Source: an uncultured delta proteobacterium | GTDB taxonomy: Bacteria; Desulfobacterota; Syntrophia; Syntrophales; Smithellaceae | Assembly: GCA_963753975.1 (NCBI GenBank) | Contig: CAVWEH010000004.1 | Span: forward strand, 192,001 to 256,000 | Direction: 5' to 3' | Length of the DNA stretch: 64,000 nt | In this document: positions 29,238 to 39,544 of the stretch, one piece after another | How positions within the stretch are numbered: position 1 is the stretch's first letter | Layout: every line of letters begins with the position of its first letter | The notes under the pieces: model-generated | The model's input: only the letters and a program-made list of their open reading frames with translations | Database searches by the model: none | Told to the model about the DNA's origin: nothing | Program-made: the position numbers and the translations under genes

Positions 29238-29939
29238 TTATTGCGTGATAGTTTCTTTTATCTTTTGCGCTACAGCTTTATCCTCAAATACTTTTTTAAT
29301 GGCATCGCCTAGAGCAGTACTTAACTGCCCCCCGATTTCTTTTTCAGAAAAGGAAACATCATCCCTGGAAAACGAACTTTCCACTTCACTTGTATATAAT
29401 ATCTTGCGTTTGGCCAAATCCGCAATAACAATGGTCAGCTTCAAATTGGCCTTATAAGAATTACTAAAAGCTCCTGTCCAACAGGTCATTTTCAGCTCCT
29501 CTATGCTGCCACCGATAATAACCTTGCCGTTTCCCTTCGGCATGGTTTTTTCTTTCAAATTCCATTGTACAAGTTTATCGGCAACTTTATAACCGGCTTT
29601 TTGCAAATACTCCTTAACGCCATCGGCGACGGCCTTTGTAGGCATAACATCCTTCAGGAATATGGGAACTCTCGTATCGTCTCTTTCCCGCACTCGACCA
29701 ATTATTTTTTTATCATTCACCTGGCGTGCATCGGTAAATTCCGCTACAGAAATAACAGCGCCACGTGTTTTTTCTTCGGCTTGTAAATATGTCGGGATAA
29801 TGGCCTGCGCCGAGTCATACCGCATACCGACGCTGTAAAGGCTGGGGTTGGTAGTAGCACACCCTGATATGCCCAAACTAAAAGCTATCAAAACATGCAC
29901 CGCAATTCTCTTCAGGGCAAACAAACAATTATTTTTCAT
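29238..29939 (-). CDS. Lipoprotein (YajG-like)
   Basis: Lipobox ISGC; FTDAR motif; AGGAG RBS. Confidence 0.65.
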   Translation of the reverse strand: MKNNCLFALKRIAVHVLIAFSLGISGCATTNPSLYSVGMRYDSAQAIIPTYLQAEEKTRGAVISVAEFTDARQVNDKKIIGRVRERDDTRVPIFLKDVMPTKAVADGVKEYLQKAGYKVADKLVQWNLKEKTMPKGNGKVIIGGSIEELKMTCWTGAFSNSYKANLKLTIVIADLAKRKILYTSEVESSFSRDDVSFSEKEIGGQLSTALGDAIKKVFEDKAVAQKIKETITQ

Positions 29940-30014
29940 ATTTTTCTCCTTTCTTTAAATTTGTAAATTGTGTACTCTTATTAAGGGTCTCCTCTTGTCA
30001 AGACCCGTTAAGAT

Positions 30015-30150
30015 TTACGACACCTTGATCGAAACATAGAAGGCCTGATCGCCCCGATTAAGCAAGAAGAGAACAGCCTTATCAGGCCCCGCTTTTTCTA
30101 TTTCTTTCTGATAGTCAATTAAATTTTTACAGGATTTTTTACTCACTAAT
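30015..30150 (-). pseudogene. C-terminal remnant of a DegP/HtrA PDZ domain
   Basis: Minus strand reads KNPVKNLIDYQKEIEKAGPDKAVLFLLNRGDQAFYVSIKVS*, with no upstream gene body. Confidence 0.6.
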
Positions 30151-30343
30151 ATAGAAGTAATTTCATGGCCCCGGTCACCACTCCGGGGCATGAAATCTGT
30201 TATGGCTTCGTAGTCACCTGAAACGACCGAGAAGGAGGATGTAAGATTCTTCTTAGTAACTTATTGAGTATTATGTTTAAAAACAATGCACTCATTTTTA
30301 TTTTTTTACTAATAGTTGATTAATGGTGATTTCAACACATCTA

Positions 30344-30784
30344 TCATTTAACAACAAAATGATCTCTTCTGTTTTTTGCCCAAGCATCTTCATCATGTCC
30401 GGGATCTAAGGGACGCTCTTTGCCATAACTAATTGTTTTTATCCTCTTTGAGGCTACACCGGCATTAACCAGATATTTCTTTGCTGCTTTTGCTCTTCGT
30501 TCTCCCAGTGCTAAATTATATTTCGCAGTTCCTCTCTCGTCGCAATTTCCTTCGATGACGATTTTGACTTCCTTGTTTTTCAAAAGGAAAGCGGCGTGAC
30601 CTGAGAGAATTTGCCCGTCTCCCGGACGGATGTTATATTTGTCGAAATCAAAATTGATATCCTTCAGGTCAGTGGTAACCTCTGTAGAAGCAGTCCCCTC
30701 ACTTTTTGTTATTTGTTTTTCCGCACATCCCGCATAAGCCAAGATAAAAACACTCAGACACATAAAAATAATCGCTTTTCTCAT
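30344..30784 (-). CDS. pal: Peptidoglycan-associated lipoprotein
   Basis: Lipobox YAGC; FDFDK, IEGNCDERGT, YNLALGERRA, SYGKERP and KNRR. Confidence 0.92.
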   Translation of the reverse strand: MRKAIIFMCLSVFILAYAGCAEKQITKSEGTASTEVTTDLKDINFDFDKYNIRPGDGQILSGHAAFLLKNKEVKIVIEGNCDERGTAKYNLALGERRAKAAKKYLVNAGVASKRIKTISYGKERPLDPGHDEDAWAKNRRDHFVVK

Positions 30785-31030
30785 TTTCGCAACTTACCTC
30801 CTTTTATATTTGTTATATTTATTATTTGCAGAGATAATGAGTATCTCTGTTTTACATTCATCATCTTTTTTCACCGCTTGCGCCGGAAAAGAGAGTAAGA
30901 AAACCATTAAGGAAATCGATAGATACAATCAAAATATGCTTTTGGGTAAATTTCATTAAATAACTTCTGACCAATATTATGGTTTACTTTCAATTCTTAT
31001 CGTGCTAACAATCCCATATAACAACATATA

Positions 31031-31065
31031 ATAGTATGTATGCATATGATATGTATACATACTAT
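31031..31065. promoter_or_regulatory. Inverted repeat, probable MarR operator
   Basis: ATAGTATGTAT-N13-ATACATACTAT between divergent pal and marR. Confidence 0.55.
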
Positions 31066-31110
31066 ATTGGCAATTACGAAATTGCAAGAACTTTTTACTT
31101 TGGGATGTGT

Positions 31111-31629
31111 ATGCGCGATAAAAAACCAATTATCTCAAATATTATCGACAATTTGCGGCGAGTATTCCAAATTTTAAATGAACAATCCAAGAAAGTTGAA
31201 AGAGAGACCGGATTAACTAGTCCTCAGCTCTGGACAATAAAAACAATTAATGAAAGTTCACCGATTAATGTCTCAGATCTTGCCGACAATCTATATCTTC
31301 ACCCCACCACTGTTATTGGCATTATTGATCGTTTAGAAAAACAAAATTTAGTTAAAAGACGCAGGTCTAAAGACGATCGCCGCGTTGTTTGGATTGAATT
31401 GACAGCTAAAGGGAACGATCTGGTAAAATCCGCCCCGGAAGTCGCTCAGGGATTACTGGTCTCAGGATTAGAGGATATTTCGGCAAATAATCTAATAGAA
31501 ATTGATAGATCAATGAAATGCTTGGTCAAAATATTCGGCGCTCAAAAAATACCGCCTAAACTTATCCTGTCGGCTGAAATTAATGTACCGCGCGGTGCTA
31601 ATATTAAAAAACCTAATAAGCATAAATGA
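31111..31629 (+). CDS. MarR-family regulator
   Basis: GLTSPQLW...IIDRLEKQNLV...DDRRVVWIELT. Start is likely 31105 or 31111. Confidence 0.9.
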   Translation: MRDKKPIISNIIDNLRRVFQILNEQSKKVERETGLTSPQLWTIKTINESSPINVSDLADNLYLHPTTVIGIIDRLEKQNLVKRRRSKDDRRVVWIELTAKGNDLVKSAPEVAQGLLVSGLEDISANNLIEIDRSMKCLVKIFGAQKIPPKLILSAEINVPRGANIKKPNKHK

Positions 31630-31689
31630 CAGAAAAAGATTGAACAGGCGGCCATACCAAGAGGACACCAAATAGAGAGGAGAGTTTAT

Positions 31690-32208
31690 ATGAAAAGGAA
31701 TATTTGCCTGCTGGGAGGAATTATCTTGCTGCTTTTTGTCTGGAGCACTAATTCCTGGGCTGCATACAAAATCGGTATTATCAACATGAGGGAAATAATA
31801 CAAAGTTCGGCCGAAGGAAAAAAAGCGGGAGAGGACTTAAGAGAAGTGGCGGAAAAGAAGCAATCTGCAATTTCTTCGGCGGAAAAAGAACTTAAGGAAA
31901 TGAAGGACGAATTGGATAAACAAGGTTCCATTCTAACGGCTAACGCGCGCGTAGATAAAGAAGCTGCTTACCAGAAGAAGCTGCGCGACTATCAATTGCT
32001 GGTTAATGACGCCAATGAAGAACTCAAAAGGCGCGATCTGGAACTTTCTCAGAAGCTGTTTCCGGAAATAGTGAAAATCGTACGCGCTATCGCGGAAAAA
32101 GAGAATTATACTTTGGTTATAGACATAGCCAGCACGCCGGTACCTTATTATGCTAAAGAAAATGATTTTAGCAAGAAGGTTATCGAAGAGTATAATAAAT
32201 CAAAATAG
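31690..32208 (+). CDS. OmpH/Skp outer-membrane chaperone
   Basis: Signal peptide; KIGIINM; coiled coil; IAEKENYTLVID. Confidence 0.88.
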   Translation: MKRNICLLGGIILLLFVWSTNSWAAYKIGIINMREIIQSSAEGKKAGEDLREVAEKKQSAISSAEKELKEMKDELDKQGSILTANARVDKEAAYQKKLRDYQLLVNDANEELKRRDLELSQKLFPEIVKIVRAIAEKENYTLVIDIASTPVPYYAKENDFSKKVIEEYNKSK

Positions 32209-32396
32209 CAGGGTAAATATAATTGTTTGCAGACCACTGATAAGAATACCGCTTCAAAAATAAATCAATGGGCTAAAAAAACAGGATTTAGCAAACTGGC
32301 GTATTTAAGACCTGCGGACTGCATTGAATCCTTTACACGGTTCACGCTAAAAACCGGCATGGGGAACTTTTAAATTTAATGTAGTAACACATTAAT

Positions 32397-34133
32397 ATGC
32401 TTAAAATTCGCGCAAAAGAAAAAACAAAAAAACTTATCTTTTATCTTCAGAATTCTGAAACTGCTTTCTTATTGCTCTTCTCCATCGTGGTGGGATTAGG
32501 CACAGGTTTCGGCGCCGTAGCCTTCCGTTGGCTTATAAACAGCATAAAAAGCATTTTTTTTGAGAATGGCCGCACTCTTTTGCATTTTATGGGGAGCTAT
32601 TATGTGATAATTATTCCCGCCGCAGGCGGTTTAATGGTTGGGCTGTTAATTTATTATTTTGCAAAAGAAGCGAAGGGCCACGGTGTTCCTGAAGTTATGC
32701 TCGCTGTAGCCAAAATGGGAGGCAGGATAAGGCCAAGAGTAGTTCTTGTCAAAGCATTGGCTTCCGCAGTATGTATCGGTTCGGGAGGGTCTGCAGGCAG
32801 GGAGGGGCCGATTGTCCAAATTGGTTCTGCTTTTGGCTCGACGATAGGACAATTATTCAATCTCAGCGAAGAGAAAAAAAAGATTATGATTGCCTGCGGA
32901 GCCGCCGGTGGAATTGCCGCAACTTTCAACGCTCCCATGGCAGGCATGTTTTTTGCCCTTGAAGTTATCCTGATGGCATACGGACCGAAACATATATCTT
33001 CCGTGGTTTTATCGGCGGTAACTGCAACCGTAGTTTCGAGACATTTCCTAGGAAATTATCCTGCTTTCGCCATCCCGGCTTATGAAATGTCCAGTATAGG
33101 GGAAATGCCGCTATATTTTGTCTTCGGGTTTATAGCCGCTATTGCAGCCCTTGTATTCATTAAAGTGCTGTATAAAACCGAGGATGCGTTTGATCTGATT
33201 AAAATACCCGAATATATAAAGCCTGTTTTAGGAGGGCTGATTATTGGTTCTATAGGCCTTTTCTTCCCGCAGATATTCGGAGTGGGGTATGAATCCATAG
33301 AAAAAGCGCTTCATGTAAAAATCATAGCACAGACAGCGGTTATTCTTGTGTTTTTAAAGATTATAGCCACTTCCATAACTCTTGGGTCTGGAGGTTCCGG
33401 CGGGGTTTTTGCGCCTTCACTGTTCATAGGAGCCATGCTTGGGAGTGCCTACGGCCTCTTAACGCAGTTTTTTCTGCCGGGTATTGCGATCCACCCGGGC
33501 GCCTGTGCCCTGGTCGGAATGGGTGCGGTCTTTGCCGGCGCAGCCCAGGCGCCTCTTTCAGCCATAATGATTTTATTTGAGATGACAAATGATTATAGAA
33601 TCATACTCCCTTTGATGATTACCTGCATTATTTCAACGGTAGTGGTCAGGCGGCTAAGCAGGGATTCTATATATACTCTGAAATTGCGAAGAAGAGGGAT
33701 AGACATCCAGAGATCCAAAGGGCAGGATTTAATGGAGACAATAAGGATTTCTGATGCCATGCGGACCGATGTGGTCACAGTCAATGAAACGGATACCACG
33801 AGAAGTGCCGGACTGAAGATAAAGACAACCCACCACAGGGGTTTCCCGGTCATTGATTCCGAGGGCAATCTGGTGGGAATAGTTACCCGCCAGGATATAA
33901 ACAAGGCAATGGCTGAGGGAAAACCAGAAAATCCGGTGAGGGAAATTATGACCAGAGATGTAATTGTATGTTATCCGGAGGAAGTATTAAAATCCGCCCT
34001 GGAAAAACTAGGGGAAAAAGATATCGGACGGCTCCCTATAGTCGAACGGGAAAACTGCAGGCATTTAATAGGACTGATAGATAGAAAAAGTATTATTTCT
34101 TCCTACAATAAAGCTTTAGCAAGGAAGCCCTAA
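32397..34133 (+). CDS. ClC chloride channel/antiporter with two CBS domains
   Basis: GHGVPE, GREGP and GGVFAP signatures; C-terminal CBS pair. Confidence 0.92.
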   Translation: MLKIRAKEKTKKLIFYLQNSETAFLLLFSIVVGLGTGFGAVAFRWLINSIKSIFFENGRTLLHFMGSYYVIIIPAAGGLMVGLLIYYFAKEAKGHGVPEVMLAVAKMGGRIRPRVVLVKALASAVCIGSGGSAGREGPIVQIGSAFGSTIGQLFNLSEEKKKIMIACGAAGGIAATFNAPMAGMFFALEVILMAYGPKHISSVVLSAVTATVVSRHFLGNYPAFAIPAYEMSSIGEMPLYFVFGFIAAIAALVFIKVLYKTEDAFDLIKIPEYIKPVLGGLIIGSIGLFFPQIFGVGYESIEKALHVKIIAQTAVILVFLKIIATSITLGSGGSGGVFAPSLFIGAMLGSAYGLLTQFFLPGIAIHPGACALVGMGAVFAGAAQAPLSAIMILFEMTNDYRIILPLMITCIISTVVVRRLSRDSIYTLKLRRRGIDIQRSKGQDLMETIRISDAMRTDVVTVNETDTTRSAGLKIKTTHHRGFPVIDSEGNLVGIVTRQDINKAMAEGKPENPVREIMTRDVIVCYPEEVLKSALEKLGEKDIGRLPIVERENCRHLIGLIDRKSIISSYNKALARKP

Positions 34134-34712
34134 ATTTAGTCGAATGCCTTAAAGCGGGGTAAAAGCTTTAGATAGATTTCGTAAATATCCCCGTCATCTG
34201 CTCTAACTTCGGAAAGGTGATATTCAAGAACTGCAAAAAGAGGAGAAGTATAGACTCAGATGGAAAAAATATCGGGAACTTTTTAGGAATTGGCTTAACA
34301 TACAAGTCCTTTACATATGCCTGAGTACGTCATGCTTTTAACATGCTCTTTTAGGCAGATTATTCTTTACTAACATTAATTTATTTTATAAAAAACCCTA
34401 CCAGTAACATTATGTTTTAAAATGTGGACTAATTAATTGAGTGTTATAGACAACAAATTAAGTAAGCTGTAAGCACGCTCCATTGTTTCCAAATTCTTTC
34501 ACGTAAAACGACCTCAGGTTAGCTCTTAAAATTTCATTTTAGGTGTTTAGGCGGCAATCTAGGACTTTAGAAATCTTGATCCGAATAATCTGAAAAGGGA
34601 TTTGTAGATTGAGAGGTAAGGTGTTAAGGTAAAAAAATGAGGAGAATGAGAAAATATTAAAAAGGTCAACTATTTTTGGTAAAATAAAAACATAATTATT
34701 TAATTAAATCCC

Positions 34713-35012
34713 ATGAAATACATAAAAATATTTCTTTGCGTTATATTTGTAATAATAGTTTTGTATTTCTGTATATCTTATATTCCCTCACTTTTTAAAA
34801 CTAAACAAGGGACTAATTGCAGCACAGATGTATTTCCATTAGCTAAAGGAAAGGATATATTATGCAATTGTGGAAATGGATACTCTTTATGGTGCAGAGG
34901 TGGGGATCTTCACTGCGTGAAAGATGGTAATCAGGTATTTGGAAGATACTGTGAAGCAGCAGGCATTTTATTCCCCGAAAGTAACTGGGAAAATCCGAAT
35001 TGTTGCAAATAA
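34713..35012 (+). CDS. Small cysteine-rich membrane-anchored protein
   Basis: N-terminal hydrophobic helix, then 8 Cys in about 65 aa; AT-rich context. Confidence 0.5.
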   Translation: MKYIKIFLCVIFVIIVLYFCISYIPSLFKTKQGTNCSTDVFPLAKGKDILCNCGNGYSLWCRGGDLHCVKDGNQVFGRYCEAAGILFPESNWENPNCCK

Positions 35013-35394
35013 TATTTTTATGAGAATGATTCACGCTCGTTAGCTAATCCTCATCATTTCTGACATTCCGGTGATTGATTTTTTTTCCTTGATCGCCTTT
35101 TTTGTTTTGAGCAATTTGGTCCGACTGAACCATATGTTGTTCGGGTTTACGCATCCGCAATTCCGTGCCCATGGCATAGGGCATCTTTGAAGATTTGAAG
35201 TGGTAATCCTCAATTCAATAGCAAACAGAAAATCATTGATAAGTAGGTGTAATCGATTCGAGGAAGCCAATGAAACCCCATGCACGTGTGACCTCGCACT
35301 GCCTTCAGAATTTTCCATAATAAACAGCGGTGGAATTTATACCCTTTCGCTTGGAAGCTGCCGCCTATACGGTGTCACTTCCAAGTACGGTAAA

Positions 35395-35677
35395 AAATTA
35401 TTCTTATTGCGCGCCCTTTGATTGCGCACACGGTCAAAGGATAACGAGGCGGCAGTGAAACTCGAATTTCAGGAACGCAGTGAACTGGAATTCGTTAGCT
35501 GAACTGTCCCGCATCAGCGGCGGCACGGACGAAGCTCCCCGGCATGCGCCGGGCAGGCATCCGGCGTATTACTAACGTGTGACCTTCAGGTTATACGTTG
35601 AAAAAGCTGACGACGACGCCAACAAAGTTAGCCAAAGACCGGGGGCGCGTCCCGCAGGGGAGCGCATAGCAAATTTA
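35395..35677. repeat. Composite MITE-like element (family A shell with nested family B module)
   Basis: Long imperfect terminal inverted repeats; shares GAGGCGGC and TACGTTGA...CGACGCCAACAAAG with 38069-38187. Confidence 0.65.
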
Positions 35678-35735
35678 AAATTTACCTCACCGGTAATTAC
35701 CGCCTGCAAGACGGTAACTTACAAGCTAATTGGTA

Positions 35736-36506
35736 TCATTTAGGCGGCATACGCAAAGCACCGTCCAGCCTGATACAGCAGCCGTTGAGCATTGTATTTT
35801 CGATGATATGAATAGCCAGCTTGGCATATTCAATTGGTTTCCCCAGCCGCCGCGGAAAAGGAACGGTCTTGGCCAAATCTTCCTTAACCGCTGCCGGCAG
35901 GCCAGCCATCATCGGCGTATCGAAAAGCCCCGGAGCAATCGCGGCCACCCTTATTCCGTAATCGGCGCATTCGCGGGCAATAGGCAGGGTCATTCCCGCT
36001 ATGCCTGCTTTAGAGCCGCTATATGCGGCCTGTCCTATCTGTCCGTCAAACGCGGCAACCGAAGCCGTATTAACGATAACACCCTTTTCACCTTCTTCAT
36101 TAGGTGTGTTATTGATCATTTGTTCCACCGCCAGCCTGAGAACATTGAGCGTTCCCACAAGATTTATTTGCACTACTTTATTGAAAGCCTCCAGTGGCAA
36201 AGGCCCTTTCTTGCTCATAATCTTTCCCGGATTGGCCACTCCCGCGCAATTGACGGCAACATTTATTTTCCCGAAAGTTTCTATCGTCTTACCAATTGCC
36301 TGCCGGATTTCGGCTTCGTTGGTTACGTCGGCTTTTATAAATATCGCACTTTCCCCCAAGCCCGCCGCAAGCTTCCCGCCTCTTACCGAATCAATATCGA
36401 CTATGGCCGCCCTGGCTCCATTTTTAATCAATTCGATGACCGTGGCTTCCCCTAACCCCGATACTCCGCCTGTTACTAACCCGACCACTTCTTTGATATT
36501 CATCAT
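35736..36506 (-). CDS. SDR 3-hydroxyacyl-CoA dehydrogenase type 2 (HSD10-like)
   Basis: TGGVSGLG, NCAG, NTASVAAFDGQIGQAAYSGSK. Confidence 0.9.
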   Translation of the reverse strand: MMNIKEVVGLVTGGVSGLGEATVIELIKNGARAAIVDIDSVRGGKLAAGLGESAIFIKADVTNEAEIRQAIGKTIETFGKINVAVNCAGVANPGKIMSKKGPLPLEAFNKVVQINLVGTLNVLRLAVEQMINNTPNEEGEKGVIVNTASVAAFDGQIGQAAYSGSKAGIAGMTLPIARECADYGIRVAAIAPGLFDTPMMAGLPAAVKEDLAKTVPFPRRLGKPIEYAKLAIHIIENTMLNGCCIRLDGALRMPPK

Positions 36507-36598
36507 CTCCTCCTTTTTCCATCGAAATATATCAACCACCAATTTTTGTCTGTTTGACTATGCGGCGGGTATAATGCTCCTGCAACTATGAATGGGAG

Positions 36599-37978
36599 TT
36601 ATACCTGGTTTTTTAAAACATTAGTGAAAGGTCTGATCATTTCCACTTTCATTCTTTTCATGAACTCGCGGCGGAAAAACGGAATCTTTGTAAGCAGAAC
36701 TATACTGCTGTTAATTAGCCGCCATTTGTAATTCTTTTGGGGAAAATTGTAAAATCCATGTTTTTTGTAATATTTATGGTCAGCCTGGAAAACTACGCGC
36801 AGTTTGCTCCAAACGGCATCCCGAAATAGCTTTGTGCCCGCAACCTGATAAAATGTTCTTGGTTTTATGTAAGCAAGTTTACTGTACATAACCGCGTTGG
36901 AAGCTACGATTTGCAGAGCGGTATTTATTGCCGCCGAGCTATCCATATCATCACTGACAAATCCAACAAGATTGGAGTCCTGCATCCCGACATAAGCTTC
37001 CAAAATTTCCCGCAGATTATAAATTTGACTAAATGGCCCCGAAATCACAAATCCGATTTGCTTCTCCCGTAGAGCTGGTATGTGACCATTGAAGAAGCTG
37101 CGGTCAAAAAAGCATTTCCATAATGACGAAAGATAGCGGTCGTGAATGGAGCCGGCAAAAAATAAAATATCCGCCGTTTTTATTTTCCGGTTGAAAAAAT
37201 CAATGAATCCATCCTTGCCTTCGTAAACGCAGACATTATCTATGCCGCACTGCATACATCCCAGACAACCGCCTTTGATATCGACAGCTTTAAGTTGCAC
37301 TAATTCAGCGGCTGGAGAAAAAGTTTTTTGTAAATTCTCCAGCATCTTACGGAGATTAGGACTTTTGCTCAGATCATCAACAACAATTAACACCTTTTTG
37401 CCGCTCACCTCCACAGGCATCAGCTTGGCCGGTTCATATGCAGTTTCCTGTGCCGTGAGCGGTTTATAATTTTTTGTCGACGGACCGCCGTTTTTAATCG
37501 CTTTGATAAATAACTCGCCGAAAGTCGCGAGCCTCTGCCTTTCCCTGGATTTATGCAAATCATTCATTTCCGCCGAGTAGGAACCGAAAAACTTCATTTC
37601 CAAATCATCGCTGATGGCGTTGATATAATTGTGGGCGGTATGGTCAAAAAAGTTGATCGACGTGGAAAGGCTTGCCGCCGGCTTTCCGCGGAAAACCGAA
37701 GTTTCTTTTCTTTCGAAAATCAGTTCGATAAATCTTTTGTACTGTGAACAAACAAGAAAAAAATAGAGAGGAAATGCCCAGAGGATGGCATCGGCGGCGG
37801 ATACCTCTGCGATAATTTCCTGAAAATCATTTTTCTCTTTTTCCAGTTTCTTAATTTTCAGAGCTATATCGAAAATCCTGAATTCGATGTCTGGAAATTT
37901 TTGCTGCAGAAAATGAACATATTGCAGGGTAACGCTGATTTGTCCTTTGGGTGAACCATTTAATACCGCGATCTTCAT
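36599..37978 (-). CDS. Tandem flavodoxin-fold / iron-sulfur flavoprotein
   Basis: NGSPK FMN loop; second domain with CLGCMQC...C. Confidence 0.75.
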   Translation of the reverse strand: MKIAVLNGSPKGQISVTLQYVHFLQQKFPDIEFRIFDIALKIKKLEKEKNDFQEIIAEVSAADAILWAFPLYFFLVCSQYKRFIELIFERKETSVFRGKPAASLSTSINFFDHTAHNYINAISDDLEMKFFGSYSAEMNDLHKSRERQRLATFGELFIKAIKNGGPSTKNYKPLTAQETAYEPAKLMPVEVSGKKVLIVVDDLSKSPNLRKMLENLQKTFSPAAELVQLKAVDIKGGCLGCMQCGIDNVCVYEGKDGFIDFFNRKIKTADILFFAGSIHDRYLSSLWKCFFDRSFFNGHIPALREKQIGFVISGPFSQIYNLREILEAYVGMQDSNLVGFVSDDMDSSAAINTALQIVASNAVMYSKLAYIKPRTFYQVAGTKLFRDAVWSKLRVVFQADHKYYKKHGFYNFPQKNYKWRLINSSIVLLTKIPFFRREFMKRMKVEMIRPFTNVLKNQV

Positions 37979-38068
37979 AATAAAATCCTTTATTGAGCAA
38001 AATCAAAACTACAGAAATTCTTATCATAAGAAAAAAAACATGACAAGAAGATATCCAGAGGACTAATA

Positions 38069-38187
38069 CCAATTCTAAATCAAAGATGATATCGAGGCGG
38101 CTAGGAGGAGGCGACGAGACGTATTGTACATACGTTGAGGAAACCGACAACGACGCCAACAAAGATAGCGCTTTGATTTAGAATTGG
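38069..38187. repeat. MITE-like element family A, copy 2 (119 bp)
   Basis: Perfect 17-bp TIR CCAATTCTAAATCAAAG / CTTTGATTTAGAATTGG. Confidence 0.88.
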
Positions 38188-38189
38188 AA

Positions 38190-38816
38190 TCAGGATAAAA
38201 AGGCATAAGCAACGAATTGACCATCGTGGCTTAAGCTGATGTCCATATCTGTTTTTTTGCCGTCAATATAAACATGCGGCGGTTGAAGCTCACTTTTATC
38301 TTGTTCTCTGTTGATTTTGATGTCACTGAAATTTAGACGGAAAAAATCGGCGAGATGTAGGGCAAGACATTTTCGTAAAAACAAAGAAGGATCTGCTTTC
38401 CCGTCATTTCCTTCCTCAGGTAAAATTTCGACGTTGCAGATTAAATTATCTAATGCGGCAAGACAATCAGAGCCCACACAATGAACGTAACGGAAATCGG
38501 AAAAAAGGCGAACATAAACCGCTTCCGCGTCCGGAATCTTAACCTCACCGTCTAAACACGCCGATTCGGATTGCTGGAGATTTACCGTCCACCGGCACGG
38601 CAAAAAAGCAGCATCAGCACACTTTTTTTTTATGATCTTATAGGCTGTTTCTTTACAAGACCAAAAGGACCACAGCGCCTTATCGGAATTTTCCGCGTTT
38701 CGTACAAAATCAATTTCAGCAGCGGTGAGGATTTTCTTTAGAAAGCGCGAATCCCTGCTTTTCCCTGCGTTCACCGGCTCTTTCAAATCCACGATATCGT
38801 TCCCTACGTAGGGCAA
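38190..38816 (-). CDS. 4'-phosphopantetheinyl transferase
   Basis: GNDIVD, WSCKETAYK and SLSHDG. Confidence 0.85.
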   Translation of the reverse strand: MPYVGNDIVDLKEPVNAGKSRDSRFLKKILTAAEIDFVRNAENSDKALWSFWSCKETAYKIIKKKCADAAFLPCRWTVNLQQSESACLDGEVKIPDAEAVYVRLFSDFRYVHCVGSDCLAALDNLICNVEILPEEGNDGKADPSLFLRKCLALHLADFFRLNFSDIKINREQDKSELQPPHVYIDGKKTDMDISLSHDGQFVAYAFLS

Positions 38817-39540
38817 AATACTTCTCCTCCATTTGTGCCAGACGGTTAATTATTTGCGTAGCATATTCTCGTTGTATTCGCAGTCCGCTTCCCTCGATAC
38901 GTTCCGGCGAAAACACTTCCATCTGCACCGAAAATTTATCTCCCCAGGCGGGAATAGCGCTATAATTATCCTGCTTATTCCCCCGCAGATAAATACACAT
39001 CACTTTGCAATCCTTCACATCTTTGATAAAACGCCCCACACCGTAAGAAAAACCTTCTTTATTAATTCTCCCGGTGCGGGAACGCCCACCTTCAGGAAAA
39101 ATCATAATACTATGACCATTACGCAACAGGTAAACACACCTATCCATGGTCTTTTTTATCTTTTCCCTGGATCCGCCGCGATCGATGGGAATGCATTTGG
39201 CCAGATAGCACAATACCGCCAGAAAAATATTGCCTTGAAAATTACTTCTTTCCGGTAAATTCCAGGGCAGCTTCTTGTAACCGGTTATATGCTGGCCTAA
39301 GCTGAAAGTGGCGTAGCCTAAAACAAAAGAGTCGATCATCGTCAAATGATTGGCGCAAATAATCCAGGATCCCTTGTGCCGGGCAAATTCACTCGCGCAC
39401 TGCCGACGAATTTCTTTCAAATCCATCACTCGATAAAATAAAATTTTAGCAATAAAGAAATATAAAGGCGCGATGATCAGTACCGCAATTCTGCCTAAAA
39501 AATTCTGTACCTGAATAAATATTTCGGATTTTTTATCCAT
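38716..39540 (-). CDS. PlsC-like acyltransferase
   Basis: NHLTMID (Hx4D) and FPEGGRSR. Start placed at ATG 39540. Confidence 0.85.
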   Translation of the reverse strand: MDKKSEIFIQVQNFLGRIAVLIIAPLYFFIAKILFYRVMDLKEIRRQCASEFARHKGSWIICANHLTMIDSFVLGYATFSLGQHITGYKKLPWNLPERSNFQGNIFLAVLCYLAKCIPIDRGGSREKIKKTMDRCVYLLRNGHSIMIFPEGGRSRTGRINKEGFSYGVGRFIKDVKDCKVMCIYLRGNKQDNYSAIPAWGDKFSVQMEVFSPERIEGSGLRIQREYATQIINRLAQMEEKYFALRRERYRGFERAGERREKQGFALSKENPHRC

Positions 39541-39544
39541 TTTT

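Noticed and set aside
30255..30282. dif-like site (TTATGTTTAAA), also near 34410
   Set aside because: Only a partial XerD-like arm, with no convincing XerC arm.
35040..35421. Overlapping 92-aa and 73-aa ORFs
   Set aside because: No RBS or motifs; likely spurious or decayed sequence.
35730..36591. Long plus-strand ORFs opposite the SDR gene (similar ones lie opposite fabG and fabF)
   Set aside because: Antisense shadows of well-supported genes.
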